Notes under the pieces: generated by a model | What the model was told of the DNA's origin: nothing | What the model saw: only the letters and a program-made list of their open reading frames with translations | Database searches by the model: none | NCBI GenBank assembly: GCA_001687465.1 | Contig: LVLI01000325.1 | Location: 62,001-126,000 of the forward strand | DNA: 64,000 nucleotides | Source: Halocafeteria seosinensis | Taxonomy: Eukaryota | Reading direction: 5' to 3' | Translations under genes and position numbers: made by a program | Part shown: piece by piece, positions 1-10,306 of the stretch | How the letters are laid out: each line of letters opens with the position of its first letter | How positions within the stretch are numbered: the first letter of the stretch is position 1

Positions 1-2
1 GT

Positions 3-3000
3 GAGGATAAACAAAAGGAGGGACAGTCGCATTCTCGGAGAAAGCGTCCCCCGGATGCTGCTAATACGATTTTAAGAGTCGTAGAGAGTATGTTCGGTTC
101 AGGTTCTCATGTTTGCAAAATGCCAGCCCCTTCTCTCGGTCACCGAATGGTGAGACGGTTGCAGGAATGGCTGTTCGGTGAGCAAGATGGACACGATTTG
201 GACATGATGGAGCGGGCCTTTTGCATTGTAGATACCCTCAATGTGAAGAGCTCGGTCCGGAAGGAGAAACCGATTGGTTTGGAGTTTTGGATGAATTTGG
301 CTGACGTCCGCGACAATATGTGGGAGGAAATGAAGGAGGCATACGATCCTGCGAAGAGCGAAGAAGCGAAGAACGTGCTGGAGAGGTACCTTGCTAGAGT
401 TTGTTACCTCCTCAGAGAGTTTCCCGGGGATGCCAGGCTATCGATGTTGGCAACGGCAGCTGACAGAGCTCTTCAGTGTCGATACGATACTACAGTGGGT
501 TCACTACTAACGCTTTTGGAGTCGCTTCTTCAGAACTCTTACAAGTGGGAAAATTCCCAGTCAAAGAGATACACCCTCGGAAACGCGCTACAGAACTTGC
601 AGAAGCTCATTACCAAGTGGAGAGAAAACGAACTAGCTTCGTGGGAGTATGTGCTTCTGCAGCAAGAAAAACTTCGCTGTGAGCGTGCCTCATCGTGGTG
701 GGGCTATCTTCTGAAGAGTGTTTATGAGCACATGAACTCTTGCGATGATAACAGTACCCATGCCAACGCTGGTGCTTGGTGTGATCCGGAAGAAACCGAG
801 ATTTCACGAGAAAACATGGCGAATAAACTGCTGAAGCTATATGACTTGGAGTCAATCTCTGCAGATGCTGCTCATGGATTGTTTCGTTTGGTAGAAAATT
901 TTCTCCGGGGATCCCCAGTAGGGGAATACCCAACTAGGGTTATTATGATACGATTGGCAGTAGATACGGTGGGGCACCGAATCGACCAAAGCGCTGGTGT
1001 TGCTCACAGAATCCATGCATCTCTTCGCGGAATAGCCCGGTATTATTCACAATATCTTCCATACTTTAGAGAAGTTGTCGCTAAACGGCGTAAGGAGATA
1101 TCTGACAAACTGAAAGAAAGCCAAAAAATTCACCGCTGGGATGAGCAAACTTATTACAGCCTGAAGGAGTCGATAGATAAATCCAAGAAACTGCTACAGA
1201 AGTATGCCAGAGAATACCGAGGTTTACTTAACAGCCGAGTAAATGACTTGCTGCAGAGCGATCCGGACAGAATGGCTGCAATTGTTACGGAAGACGTCGA
1301 CAAGGAAGGGTATCAATTGTCCGAGGTATCGATGCCACCAGAGGTAGTCAAAGAGACTACTAGTTCAGTCTACGCTGACCGGTCGGGTATCTTATCCCCA
1401 GATGCACAGAAACTGAGAGAAGACGAAATCCAAGATTTGGACGAGAAATGCACCACTATAATTGAACGCATGGCATCACTAAGACAGGACGCTGATGCGT
1501 CCAAATCCTTAAAGAAACGTGCCCTCATAGAGTTGCTGCAATTTCTCAAAGGGACCTTTCAGTTTTCTGAATCCCCCATACAACGCTGTTGTCAATATCC
1601 AGAATTTTTGCTTGAGATCCCCCTGGTTGGTGAGCAGCAAAACGATCCTTCAGCGGACATGGACTCTCATGGCAGTCTCAGATTTGTATCGCAAAAGTGT
1701 GATGATTATTTTTATCGAACCGTAGATTCAGTGCAGCGGATGCGGCTTGCTTTCAGTTCTGGTGTTCATGAGGATGTTTCCGATATTCTGACGGACAGGA
1801 ACGTTCGTCGACTGGATCATCTACAACTCATGGTTAACGAAGAGCGTCTGCAAGCTTGTAAATTGCTCCGTCATCAGCAACTTATGAGACAGATGCTCGC
1901 ATCCCTTAAATATCTTAGACGCCCTAGCTCTCTCCGCGACTCACCACAGGCAACGTTTCTGAAAGAGTGCAGGGACTCTTCCCTTGAACTGATGAGTTGC
2001 GTTGAACAGGTTTCGCAGCTCTTGGAGAAACATGAGCAAGCTGCGGCAAGTTGCGACATCGATGGAAATGATGTGATAATGTTAAGGCGCTCCGAAGCAG
2101 CAGACATGGATCATGTTGTTTGCTGGATGAAAGACCAAGTATCACTCGTTAAGACTATCGCCGAAGACATAGATCGTCAAATTCGACTTTATTGCGATAC
2201 ACGGAAGACAGTAGAACAAATCAGCGGAAAGAAGGTCGAGGGTTTTTATTTGTCATTTGATGCTGAGGGTTGCATTGTAGCGGCTGAAGAAAGAGTTGGG
2301 TCACTAAAGACTGAGTTGCGGCGGATGGTGAGCCAGATAGCTTCCGACTATCGGAGTCCGTTGTTTTCTAGGCTCCTAAACAACAGTGCTGACTTGCTGG
2401 AGCGACAGATATACCGCGTCCTGCAGGCATATCGAAGTCGAGAAAGCCTGCGTGAGCAAACTCCTCACCGTATTCCATCTTTAGACACTGGTGCTGTGGT
2501 GCGGGCTCTTTCCACGGATGTTCAGAGTCTTGATCTTGATGCGACTGATGCACTTTGGGGCAAGGGTGACGATCAAAGCTTTGCCGTAATAGAAGAACAT
2601 ACCCGTCGCGTCCGAACAATGGACCGCCTTCGGTTTCCGTTCGTGACACACTGTCTGGAGGCTGCGTTGCGTCAAGTTCCCCGCGAGTCGCCCACCAGCG
2701 AAGATGCGCTCCGGGAAGTAGAGCAGATCGTAAACATGTGTGAACGTTGGTCTTCTACCTTGTTGAAGTCCTGTTTGCGTATGCAGAAAACTCTACTAAA
2801 ATTGTTGTACGTGGTGTCTCGCACGTTCTCGACAATATTTAAAGAAGGATTGTGTCTACCGAATGACCAAGAGGATGACGGCGCTACCCAAACTCAGGGA
2901 CAAGACTTGACCGAAGGAACAGGCATAGGGCAAGGTGAAGGACAGCAAGATGTGTCATCGCAAATTGAAAACGAGGAGCAGGTACTTGGTTTACGCAACG

Positions 3001-5426
3001 AGCAGGAAGAAATTGGGAAAGACGAAGTAGAGGAGGAGAAAGAGGGTCTTGAAATGTCTGAAGACTTTGAAGGAACCGAACATAATCGCGAAGAAAATGC
3101 CGAGCAGGAAGAAGACGACCAGGAGGAAAACGAAGAGGAGCTTGATCGCGAAATGGGACAGGTAGATGGCGACGATGAAGAAGTCGTAGATGCTTCAAAA
3201 CCAGAAAACGAGGAAGCGAACAACGAGGAAGAATTGAGGCCTAAAGAGGATACCAACGTTGATAGTGGCGACACGTCAAAGCAAGAGGAGGAAATACAAG
3301 CACAAGAAGACACAGAGCAGCAAATTGAAGACTCTAATGTAGATCAGGAGGATGGTAATGAAGAGGAAGCAGGACAAGCTGATTCTTATGTTGATTATGA
3401 AGAGGGCAACGAAGTGGATAACGAGGCGAATGAAGCTAACGATGAACAAGAGGAAGCCAACGAGTTCAGCGACGACATGAATATGAATGACAAGGATGAA
3501 GAAAGCGCAGAATCGGACAACGAAGAGTTAAATCAGGAAAGCGAGGAGGTTCCTGATGAGGAGCGCGAGGACGAGGAACATGGCAAGATAGACGAAATGG
3601 ACGAGCACACAGAAGAAGCACCCAAAGATGAAGCCCAAACGGAGGGCATTGATGATAACGTCGACCCCAAAGAACATAATGGGAAAACGGAATCATTGGA
3701 GGAAGGAGGATTCGATGAACGTGGACAAGGAAACACATCTAGTGAAGGTGACACCGGTGGAGGATCGGGTGCTCAACCAGAGCGTGAAAAAGAAGACACT
3801 GAAGAACGAAACGAGAAATCCAGAGAAGAGGACGCCAAGGAATCAAGCAAGGGAAATGATCGAGAAAACTCCCCACGGAATGGGGCAAAAGGTTCTGAGG
3901 ACCTTCAGTCGTTCGAGAATCCCACTCACGTTGTAGGGGAATGGAAAGCAAAGCTAGAGAACCTGAAGCTAAGCGACGACACAGCAGAAACATCGGATCA
4001 ACAACCTCCCTCCAATTCTGATGAAGCTGTTTTTGATGAGAAGAGCGGGGATATCGTTTATCAGCCCTCCTCCATTCCCCAGCAAGGTCAGGAGGAGGAA
4101 ACCGGCGAAAAACCGGAAGAATCGAGCGTACAAGCTGGAGGTGATCAAGAACAGCAGAGCGAGCACCAGGCAGTATCGCAGCATGCACATGACGCGGAAC
4201 CGAGGGATACTTTACCGAAGGAAGAAGACGGCAGCGAGCGTGGCAGTCAAGAAATCAGGCAGAAAGAGGGTTCAGCGGGACAGTTACCTTCAGACGAACC
4301 TCAAGATTTGGATAAGTCGATGGCCTCTGAGTATTGCTTTGACACTGACCATATTTCCGCCAATACCAGAGCAGATGCGAAGGAAGATGATGCCAGCATT
4401 GTGGCTAATACTATGCCGGGCCAGCATCGCTTACACGATGCGCAAAACATGGATGTCGCCGAAATGACGAACAAAATGAAACGGATGCGTGAACAGGTGC
4501 AGCAAGATATCCAGAAGTGGGGGAAGGACAGGAGTGACTATGAAGAAGCGGTGGAACTATGGCAAAGGCTGAAAAACATGACCCTCGGCGGAGCAACGCA
4601 TTTATGTGAGTCGCTGAGGTTAGTCCTCGAGCCGACATTGGCTTCAAAGATGAAAGGTGATTATCGCACTGGCAAGAGAATTAACATGAGGAAAGTGATA
4701 CCCTTTATTGCTAGTGGGTATAGGAAAGATAAGATATGGCTACGGAGAACCAAGCCTAGCGACAGGACATACCAGGTGATGTTAGCTGTCGACGACAGTC
4801 TGAGTATGCGCGAAAATGGTGCAGCTGCTGTGGCCTTGGAATCTCTCTCCCTCGTGACGCAGGCTCTCACCAAACTTGAGGTAGGCCAAATAGCAGTAGC
4901 AAAATTTGGTAGCACCTGCGAACTGTTGCATCCATTTGATATGCCTTTCACCGACGAAAGCGGCGCAAGGGTGGTATCGCGTTTTTCGTTTGAGCAGTCT
5001 CGAACTGCGACGGCAGATGTACTGGAAAGTATCATCAAGATTTTGGACGACTCACAGAACAGCATAGCTCAATCTTCAACAAGCATTACTGGATCTTCCG
5101 TAATGCAGTTAGTATTCTTGATAAGTGATGGCATTCTAACCCAGGAAAAGAGTGAGCGGATTCGTCAGTGGACAATTGAAGCAGCGGAAAAGAACCAATT
5201 ACTCGTGTTATTGCTGATTGACAGCGAAGATCCGCAGAACAGCGTCCTCAACACGGAACGAATCGAGTACGGTGGAAGTCCTAGTAGCCCTCGGATAATC
5301 AGAAAGCGTTATCTTGACGATTTCCCCTTCCCTTATTATCTGGTAGTCAGCCATGTCAACCAACTACCAGAGGCCCTGGGCAACGGGTTAAAGCAGTGGT
5401 TCGACTTAGTCGCCAACAAGGAATAA
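3..5426 (+). CDS. MDN1: Midasin (MDN1/Rea1 ribosome-biogenesis AAA ATPase), 3' part; gene starts before the window
   Basis: Frame is open from base 3. Helical linker, then a long D/E-rich tether (GTGIGQGEGQQDVSSQIENEEQV...), then a C-terminal MIDAS/VWA domain (LEPTLASKMKGDYRTGKRINMRKVIPFIASGYRKDKIWLRRTKP, VDDSLSM, FLISDG, YLDDFPFPYY). Confidence 0.97.
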   Translation, partial: EDKQKEGQSHSRRKRPPDAANTILRVVESMFGSGSHVCKMPAPSLGHRMVRRLQEWLFGEQDGHDLDMMERAFCIVDTLNVKSSVRKEKPIGLEFWMNLADVRDNMWEEMKEAYDPAKSEEAKNVLERYLARVCYLLREFPGDARLSMLATAADRALQCRYDTTVGSLLTLLESLLQNSYKWENSQSKRYTLGNALQNLQKLITKWRENELASWEYVLLQQEKLRCERASSWWGYLLKSVYEHMNSCDDNSTHANAGAWCDPEETEISRENMANKLLKLYDLESISADAAHGLFRLVENFLRGSPVGEYPTRVIMIRLAVDTVGHRIDQSAGVAHRIHASLRGIARYYSQYLPYFREVVAKRRKEISDKLKESQKIHRWDEQTYYSLKESIDKSKKLLQKYAREYRGLLNSRVNDLLQSDPDRMAAIVTEDVDKEGYQLSEVSMPPEVVKETTSSVYADRSGILSPDAQKLREDEIQDLDEKCTTIIERMASLRQDADASKSLKKRALIELLQFLKGTFQFSESPIQRCCQYPEFLLEIPLVGEQQNDPSADMDSHGSLRFVSQKCDDYFYRTVDSVQRMRLAFSSGVHEDVSDILTDRNVRRLDHLQLMVNEERLQACKLLRHQQLMRQMLASLKYLRRPSSLRDSPQATFLKECRDSSLELMSCVEQVSQLLEKHEQAAASCDIDGNDVIMLRRSEAADMDHVVCWMKDQVSLVKTIAEDIDRQIRLYCDTRKTVEQISGKKVEGFYLSFDAEGCIVAAEERVGSLKTELRRMVSQIASDYRSPLFSRLLNNSADLLERQIYRVLQAYRSRESLREQTPHRIPSLDTGAVVRALSTDVQSLDLDATDALWGKGDDQSFAVIEEHTRRVRTMDRLRFPFVTHCLEAALRQVPRESPTSEDALREVEQIVNMCERWSSTLLKSCLRMQKTLLKLLYVVSRTFSTIFKEGLCLPNDQEDDGATQTQGQDLTEGTGIGQGEGQQDVSSQIENEEQVLGLRNEQEEIGKDEVEEEKEGLEMSEDFEGTEHNREENAEQEEDDQEENEEELDREMGQVDGDDEEVVDASKPENEEANNEEELRPKEDTNVDSGDTSKQEEEIQAQEDTEQQIEDSNVDQEDGNEEEAGQADSYVDYEEGNEVDNEANEANDEQEEANEFSDDMNMNDKDEESAESDNEELNQESEEVPDEEREDEEHGKIDEMDEHTEEAPKDEAQTEGIDDNVDPKEHNGKTESLEEGGFDERGQGNTSSEGDTGGGSGAQPEREKEDTEERNEKSREEDAKESSKGNDRENSPRNGAKGSEDLQSFENPTHVVGEWKAKLENLKLSDDTAETSDQQPPSNSDEAVFDEKSGDIVYQPSSIPQQGQEEETGEKPEESSVQAGGDQEQQSEHQAVSQHAHDAEPRDTLPKEEDGSERGSQEIRQKEGSAGQLPSDEPQDLDKSMASEYCFDTDHISANTRADAKEDDASIVANTMPGQHRLHDAQNMDVAEMTNKMKRMREQVQQDIQKWGKDRSDYEEAVELWQRLKNMTLGGATHLCESLRLVLEPTLASKMKGDYRTGKRINMRKVIPFIASGYRKDKIWLRRTKPSDRTYQVMLAVDDSLSMRENGAAAVALESLSLVTQALTKLEVGQIAVAKFGSTCELLHPFDMPFTDESGARVVSRFSFEQSRTATADVLESIIKILDDSQNSIAQSSTSITGSSVMQLVFLISDGILTQEKSERIRQWTIEAAEKNQLLVLLLIDSEDPQNSVLNTERIEYGGSPSSPRIIRKRYLDDFPFPYYLVVSHVNQLPEALGNGLKQWFDLVANKE

Positions 5427-5836
5427 GCACCGGACACATGGTAGGACTGGTAAACGCTGTTCCTTACAGTCACGATTAATACAACTGACTTACGATATCG
5501 ACTTTGAGTACCGGACCTCTATCTTATTCGCCAGATTAGGATAGTGGTCACTGGTCAGCGAGCCTACACATACATACACTTAAGCAGATAGGGCAACCCA
5601 TTCTCACACGTAGCATTTGCTTGTCGTGTACAAACAACCCCACTCGCTTCATCGTTTGCTGATATGCCATCCATATTTCCGCATCCATGGTTGAAGCTGC
5701 GTGGGTTGATTGATTCGACAGCAGAGTTAGTTAGCACCAACTACTACTGTATACATGGGAGGGTTGTCGTCACCCTTGCAACACTGATAGGATGTATTTA
5801 CGACGAAATAAGTGTGTGTCTACATGTTGAGCGCTA

Positions 5837-7650
5837 TGGAGGTCGAATGGAAGCAGATTGTGCAGAATTTGAATGGCTCCAAAGAGGCCATTGTCCAAGC
5901 TAGGGCATGGGCGCTGGAGAAAGTCGAACAGAAGCAAATTACTTCGGAATCTCTCGTTCGCTTACTTACACAAGTGGCGAGCCGATCCGCTAAAGAATGC
6001 CCGTTCAAAAAGGCTCTGTTTGTGTTGTATTTGGTCAATGACATCATCTTTCGAGGGTCACAAACACAGCCGCAAACCCAAGCTGATATTGTGGAAGCCC
6101 TCTCCCGTGAATTGAAGAATCTTGTTGCACAGTCAATATGCAAAGCTCAGTCCGAAAGCGAAAGGAAAAAAGTGGCAGATCTGTTCCAGCTATGGTGGTC
6201 GAAGAATGTGATACACCCTTCTGTATTAGATGAAATGAAAGAGGAAGTGAGCAAGCATGTCCAATTGCCAGACAAACCTCCGAGTTTTCCTACTCCTTCA
6301 TCGAGTAAATCACAAGATACACATCATGAAGGTCAAACACCTCAGTCTGCAAGGTACTCCTCATCAGAGGTACACGGGGGTTCTGGAATGCACGGTCAAG
6401 CGAACAGTCACTCACCGGAAGATGCGCAACCTAAGTACGGGGCTAGTACATCAACGCCAGACAAACGGCAACAGCAGTTCTCCGCCAAAACCTCCCAGCA
6501 ACAGTACGGTACCATGGCATATCCTCAGCAGGCACCTGGGTCTCTATCAGGAACTCCACAGTTTGCTCTACGATTCGCCCCGTCTCCACGGAATCGACCA
6601 TTCGGGAATGCCCAAGAAATTAGTGCTGTGCAGCAGCAGTATACTACGAATCAACTGGATCAACGTTCTTGCGACGCATCATATATAGGCGTCCATTCGA
6701 GCTACAGTCAGGCTTCTCCGGCGGGTGGGGCAAGCTACTGGAATGTTCCAACTACAAGGGAGCACACAGAACAAACGAGTACTATATCAAGCAATCAGGG
6801 CGATACAATTAGTAGTGTACAATCATCTGTACAACAAGCCGCCGCAGCCGCTGCTCAGGCGGCTGCCCATTTACAACGACCGCGTCAGCAGCACGCTCAG
6901 CGACCAGTCTCATCTCAACAGCTTGAACATGTTGCGGTGGGCACTATGGTAGACATTATACACACTGCCTTAGAGAATGACTTCTCTCCGTATCGTCCCG
7001 TGGACCCCACAGTACTGCCACCTCCTTCTAAACGGAAGTCTGTGGAGCCAGGGAGACTGGAGGTGCGACAGCAGCAATTTTACGAGAAGGCAAGCAAAGA
7101 CGAACACGCAGAAGAACGGAGGAAAAAACGCGAGGCGAAGCGTATTGCCAGAAGAAGGAAGCGTGAAGGTCGCAGGCAACGCAGACGTGAAGGGCGGCCC
7201 TCGCGAACACCGAGCCCAGATAGGGGAATGTGGAGTAGTTCAGACTCTGAGCCAGATGCCAACCAAGCTGTAACTCTTGGAGCTGCAGCTGGAACATTGC
7301 CGCAATATGATGATGTTCCAATCGAAAGGGAGGAAATATCTACTGAGAGAGTGATAGATGAATCCAACGTTGGGCACAAAATGCTTTCGAGGATGGGTTG
7401 GAGAGCAGGTGAAGGTCTAGGGACAGCTGGTGGTGGTTTGGCAGCACCCATCGACCCGACTCGAGATAGTCAAAGTGGCAGTGATAGGATCGGTTTAGGC
7501 AGTTCACGACAAGATGGTGCTGCCTCTGGGGCTGTGGATACTATCCGTGCAAAAGGAGAGGAAACATTCGCTGATGCTGTCGCTGCTTTCAGAAGCCGTT
7601 TTAGTGGTCGGTATCATGCCAACTTGGAGCAGAAACGTACTCGGAAGTAG
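5837..7650 (+). CDS. CID (CTD-interacting) domain + G-patch protein, CHERP-like splicing-associated factor
   Basis: N-terminal CID motifs (LNGSKEAI, LYLVNDII, LFQLWWSKNV), Q/S-rich middle, YRPVDP..LPPP segment, basic R-rich stretch and G-patch (IDESNVGHKMLSRMGWRAGEGLG...RIGLG). Start ATG uncertain (5825 or 5837). Confidence 0.8.
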
Positions 7651-7992
7651 TAACTGGAGACTTAACAAAGGAGGTTCAGCACAATGCAGTGTTAGGGATC
7701 TTGTTTGAAGAGGGGATCATTTTCGTACTGACGATGCAGAATGGTTCCCAATAAAAGAAGGAAAAACCACAGGCAACGGTTCCCAGAAAAGAAGGGAAAA
7801 CACACGGACAGAGCGGAGTTCAAGGGGTGTGCATTGTCGTCTACGGTGTGCACCACCACTCTGCAGCCACATCCTATAGATGCCTTCCTGGTTTTCTATC
7901 CCGTTCGCTGCGGATTTTTCCCATGATGTGCTCGTCATGGAACTCCAGCCAGGCTCCACAGTATTCATCGGCGATCAGTATCACTCGCAAAC

Positions 7993-9185
7993 TTTTTTAT
8001 TAAATTAATAACACTATTCTATGTATATTAAGTAGATTGTATCCTAAGGAAAGTGAATCCCTAAAATTACTCCGCCAGTGAGTCCGGATTCCCCCGGAAG
8101 TAATCTCCCGTAGAAGAATTGCAAGACATGAGTTGTTTGTGTATTTATTTTCTTCGACATTTTCCCATTTCGTAGGGTCCTATAGAGCTTGGTAGTGATA
8201 GTGACTCCTCGTTGTAGCTGTTGTTCCTTTTGTTGCCCGTAGGCCTATAATATACATTCCGTCCGTCCGCAAAACATTATGTCCTTCCGATCAATTGCTC
8301 CATTGGCCACACGGTCAGCTTCCGTGTTGTGCTCGCGAGGATGATGCAGCGAGATAGACTCCATATGTGGTTTCTCCCGCAGCCGCTCAAGTGTTTCGAT
8401 TATCCTCCGAAGGGGCAAACGTTCCCTGCGCATGCTGTGCATGGACCGGCAAGAGAAGCTGGGGTGACACGAAGTCCAAGTCGAAGACGGACCAAGAGTC
8501 TTAAGTCTTATTGTGGAGCACCCAATCCTCATCATTAAATCTCAACCCTCTACTCGTGGGAAGAGCTGTGAGGAAGGATGCACTGCCCTGCTGCCGGGGT
8601 AATAATAATAACCGGGAGGCCGACAAATGGGCGCGGTCGTCAACAGACAGACTTCCGTGAATGGCTCGGAAGACCCGGTCAACAATCTTCCCGGACAACC
8701 ACCCCTGGGTCTTCGCTTGTATGGGCGCCGGTTCGGACAACCACGACAATTCAATGTCCGGAGTGCCATAAAAGCTTTGAGGGAACACCCCAATGTCCCC
8801 CTCCCCCTCTTCTACGTAGTCTGGCATGTGTGTATGTGGTCCGGCGATATGAAACTAGGACTCGGACTTGTTTTCGTCCTGGCAGCCGGATGACGGAGAA
8901 AGGTTAGAAGGCAGCGGTTTGGACAGATTCCACAGTGATCCAACGGGGACGCGGAGAGACTCCCTATAAACTCGTTTGGGGAGTATTATTCGCTAGACGG
9001 TCAGCCTCCGTGTTTTCTTCGCGAGGAACATGATTCAAAGTATTGAATCGTATCAATTCAATAGCTAATGAAGCAATTGATCGGAAAGACATAATGTTTT
9101 GTAATGATTCTACAGGGGAGTGCTTCGTGGGGGATCCAGACTCCCTATAAACTCTCTAGGGGAGTAATTTTAGACACTTTTCCCT
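7993..9185. mobile_element. Cluster of degraded non-LTR retrotransposon fragments (CRE/RLE-like region plus C-terminal RNase H) in both orientations
   Basis: Minus 8501-8827 encodes QGWLS..IVD...DDRAHL...GSASFLTALPT, resembling the post-RT region of CRE-like elements. RNase H C-terminal motif at 8245-8360(-) (PREHNTEADRVANGAID) and 8988-9038(-) (LNHVPREENTEADRLAN). Plus 9064-9150 reads ANEAIDRKDIMFC...DPDSL*. Related ORF ends at 8047-8130(-) and 8958-8987(+). AATAAAAAA on minus at 7993-8001. Confidence 0.75.
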
Positions 9186-10306
9186 ATAACCACATGAATA
9201 TACCATGAATTAATCCACTAGAATACCGGTAGTATGATCTTGCTCCTAGATAATATGAAACAATTCTTGGACAACATTTCTCTCTCCAAAGAGCAACACA
9301 GTGTACAGACAGAAACAACTGGTACACATCTTCTCTCAAAGTGCGCCACCTTTGAAAAAGAGTATTTGTGTACGTTACCGTCTCCATACAGCGACGAGTC
9401 GTATCAAAGAATTCTTAATAGACGGGTTGCCATGCAACTTCACCCAGACAAAACGGTGAAGAAACCAGAACCGTCCGGCTTGTCTCCGGGGCTTTGATCC
9501 GGTGGGATATGTTGCGATCTTCGGGTAAGGTTGAGTTGTGGCTTGATGCATGCTAACAGCAATTTTGGCTCATCGGTGGTTGCAACTTGTGTTGCCGGTA
9601 GCTAGTGGTGGAGTAGATGGATAATAGTAGTGGTCTCTTTAAAAGAAAATAAATACACAAGCAACCAGAACCGTTCAAGGTGTGCTCAGAAGAATTGTTT
9701 ACAAGTTTTTCAGGAAAATCTACAGTATTGAATACGGACAAGGAAAGAGTGTACCATGATGTTTTGTTTATGTTTGTCCTCGTGTGTATTGTATACTGTA
9801 CCTCCTCCCGGAAGAATCTACGAGCAAAATGATACTGTTTGTTCTTCGTGTTCTCCAGTAGATGATTCATTCATTCATGCCAACTACGAGGCGTATTTTG
9901 AAACACCAAAGCTCTACAACTGTACTGCAACGGTGACGGTGACTGGTGGCTAGCATTGTGGAACGAGACTACAGTATCCATGAAAGAATTTGTAAGTCAA
10001 GACGAGCGTAAGAAATCGTAAGTTTCTCCGCAGGAAGCCTTCGTGCATACGTGTCGAACTGCAGTGTATTTCGAAGGAAAGTGACAGTCCAGATTACCCA
10101 ACCAAATCAACCCGCTGGTCAGTTCAATGTCAGTCCCAGAGAGAGAGAGAGAGAGAGAGTAGGAGGTTGGGTTGATAGTGTCCCCTGAATTTCATCATTG
10201 ATACCATAGTGTATATGGTAGGACATATATTTCTCACTGGCTTGTACTGTACTGTACAATTGTACAGTATTCAATAGTTGGTGTCGTTTCCCCCGTAGCA
10301 GCAAGT

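Noticed and set aside
2880..4400. Purine-rich, repeat-like stretch with many antisense S-rich ORFs
   Set aside because: Ordinary D/E-rich tether of midasin.
8047..9185. MITE/foldback DNA transposon with terminal inverted repeats
   Set aside because: The inverted similarity is better explained by two oppositely oriented 3' ends of the same retroelement, since both translate to the same ORF terminus.
9234..9497. Short ORF containing MQLHPDK (J-domain-like)
   Set aside because: Isolated motif with no supporting flanking helices or gene structure; could be chance or a tiny relic.
10137..10159. (GA)n tract, and similar short dinucleotide tracts near 14125, 37880 and 62871
   Set aside because: Ordinary short microsatellites.
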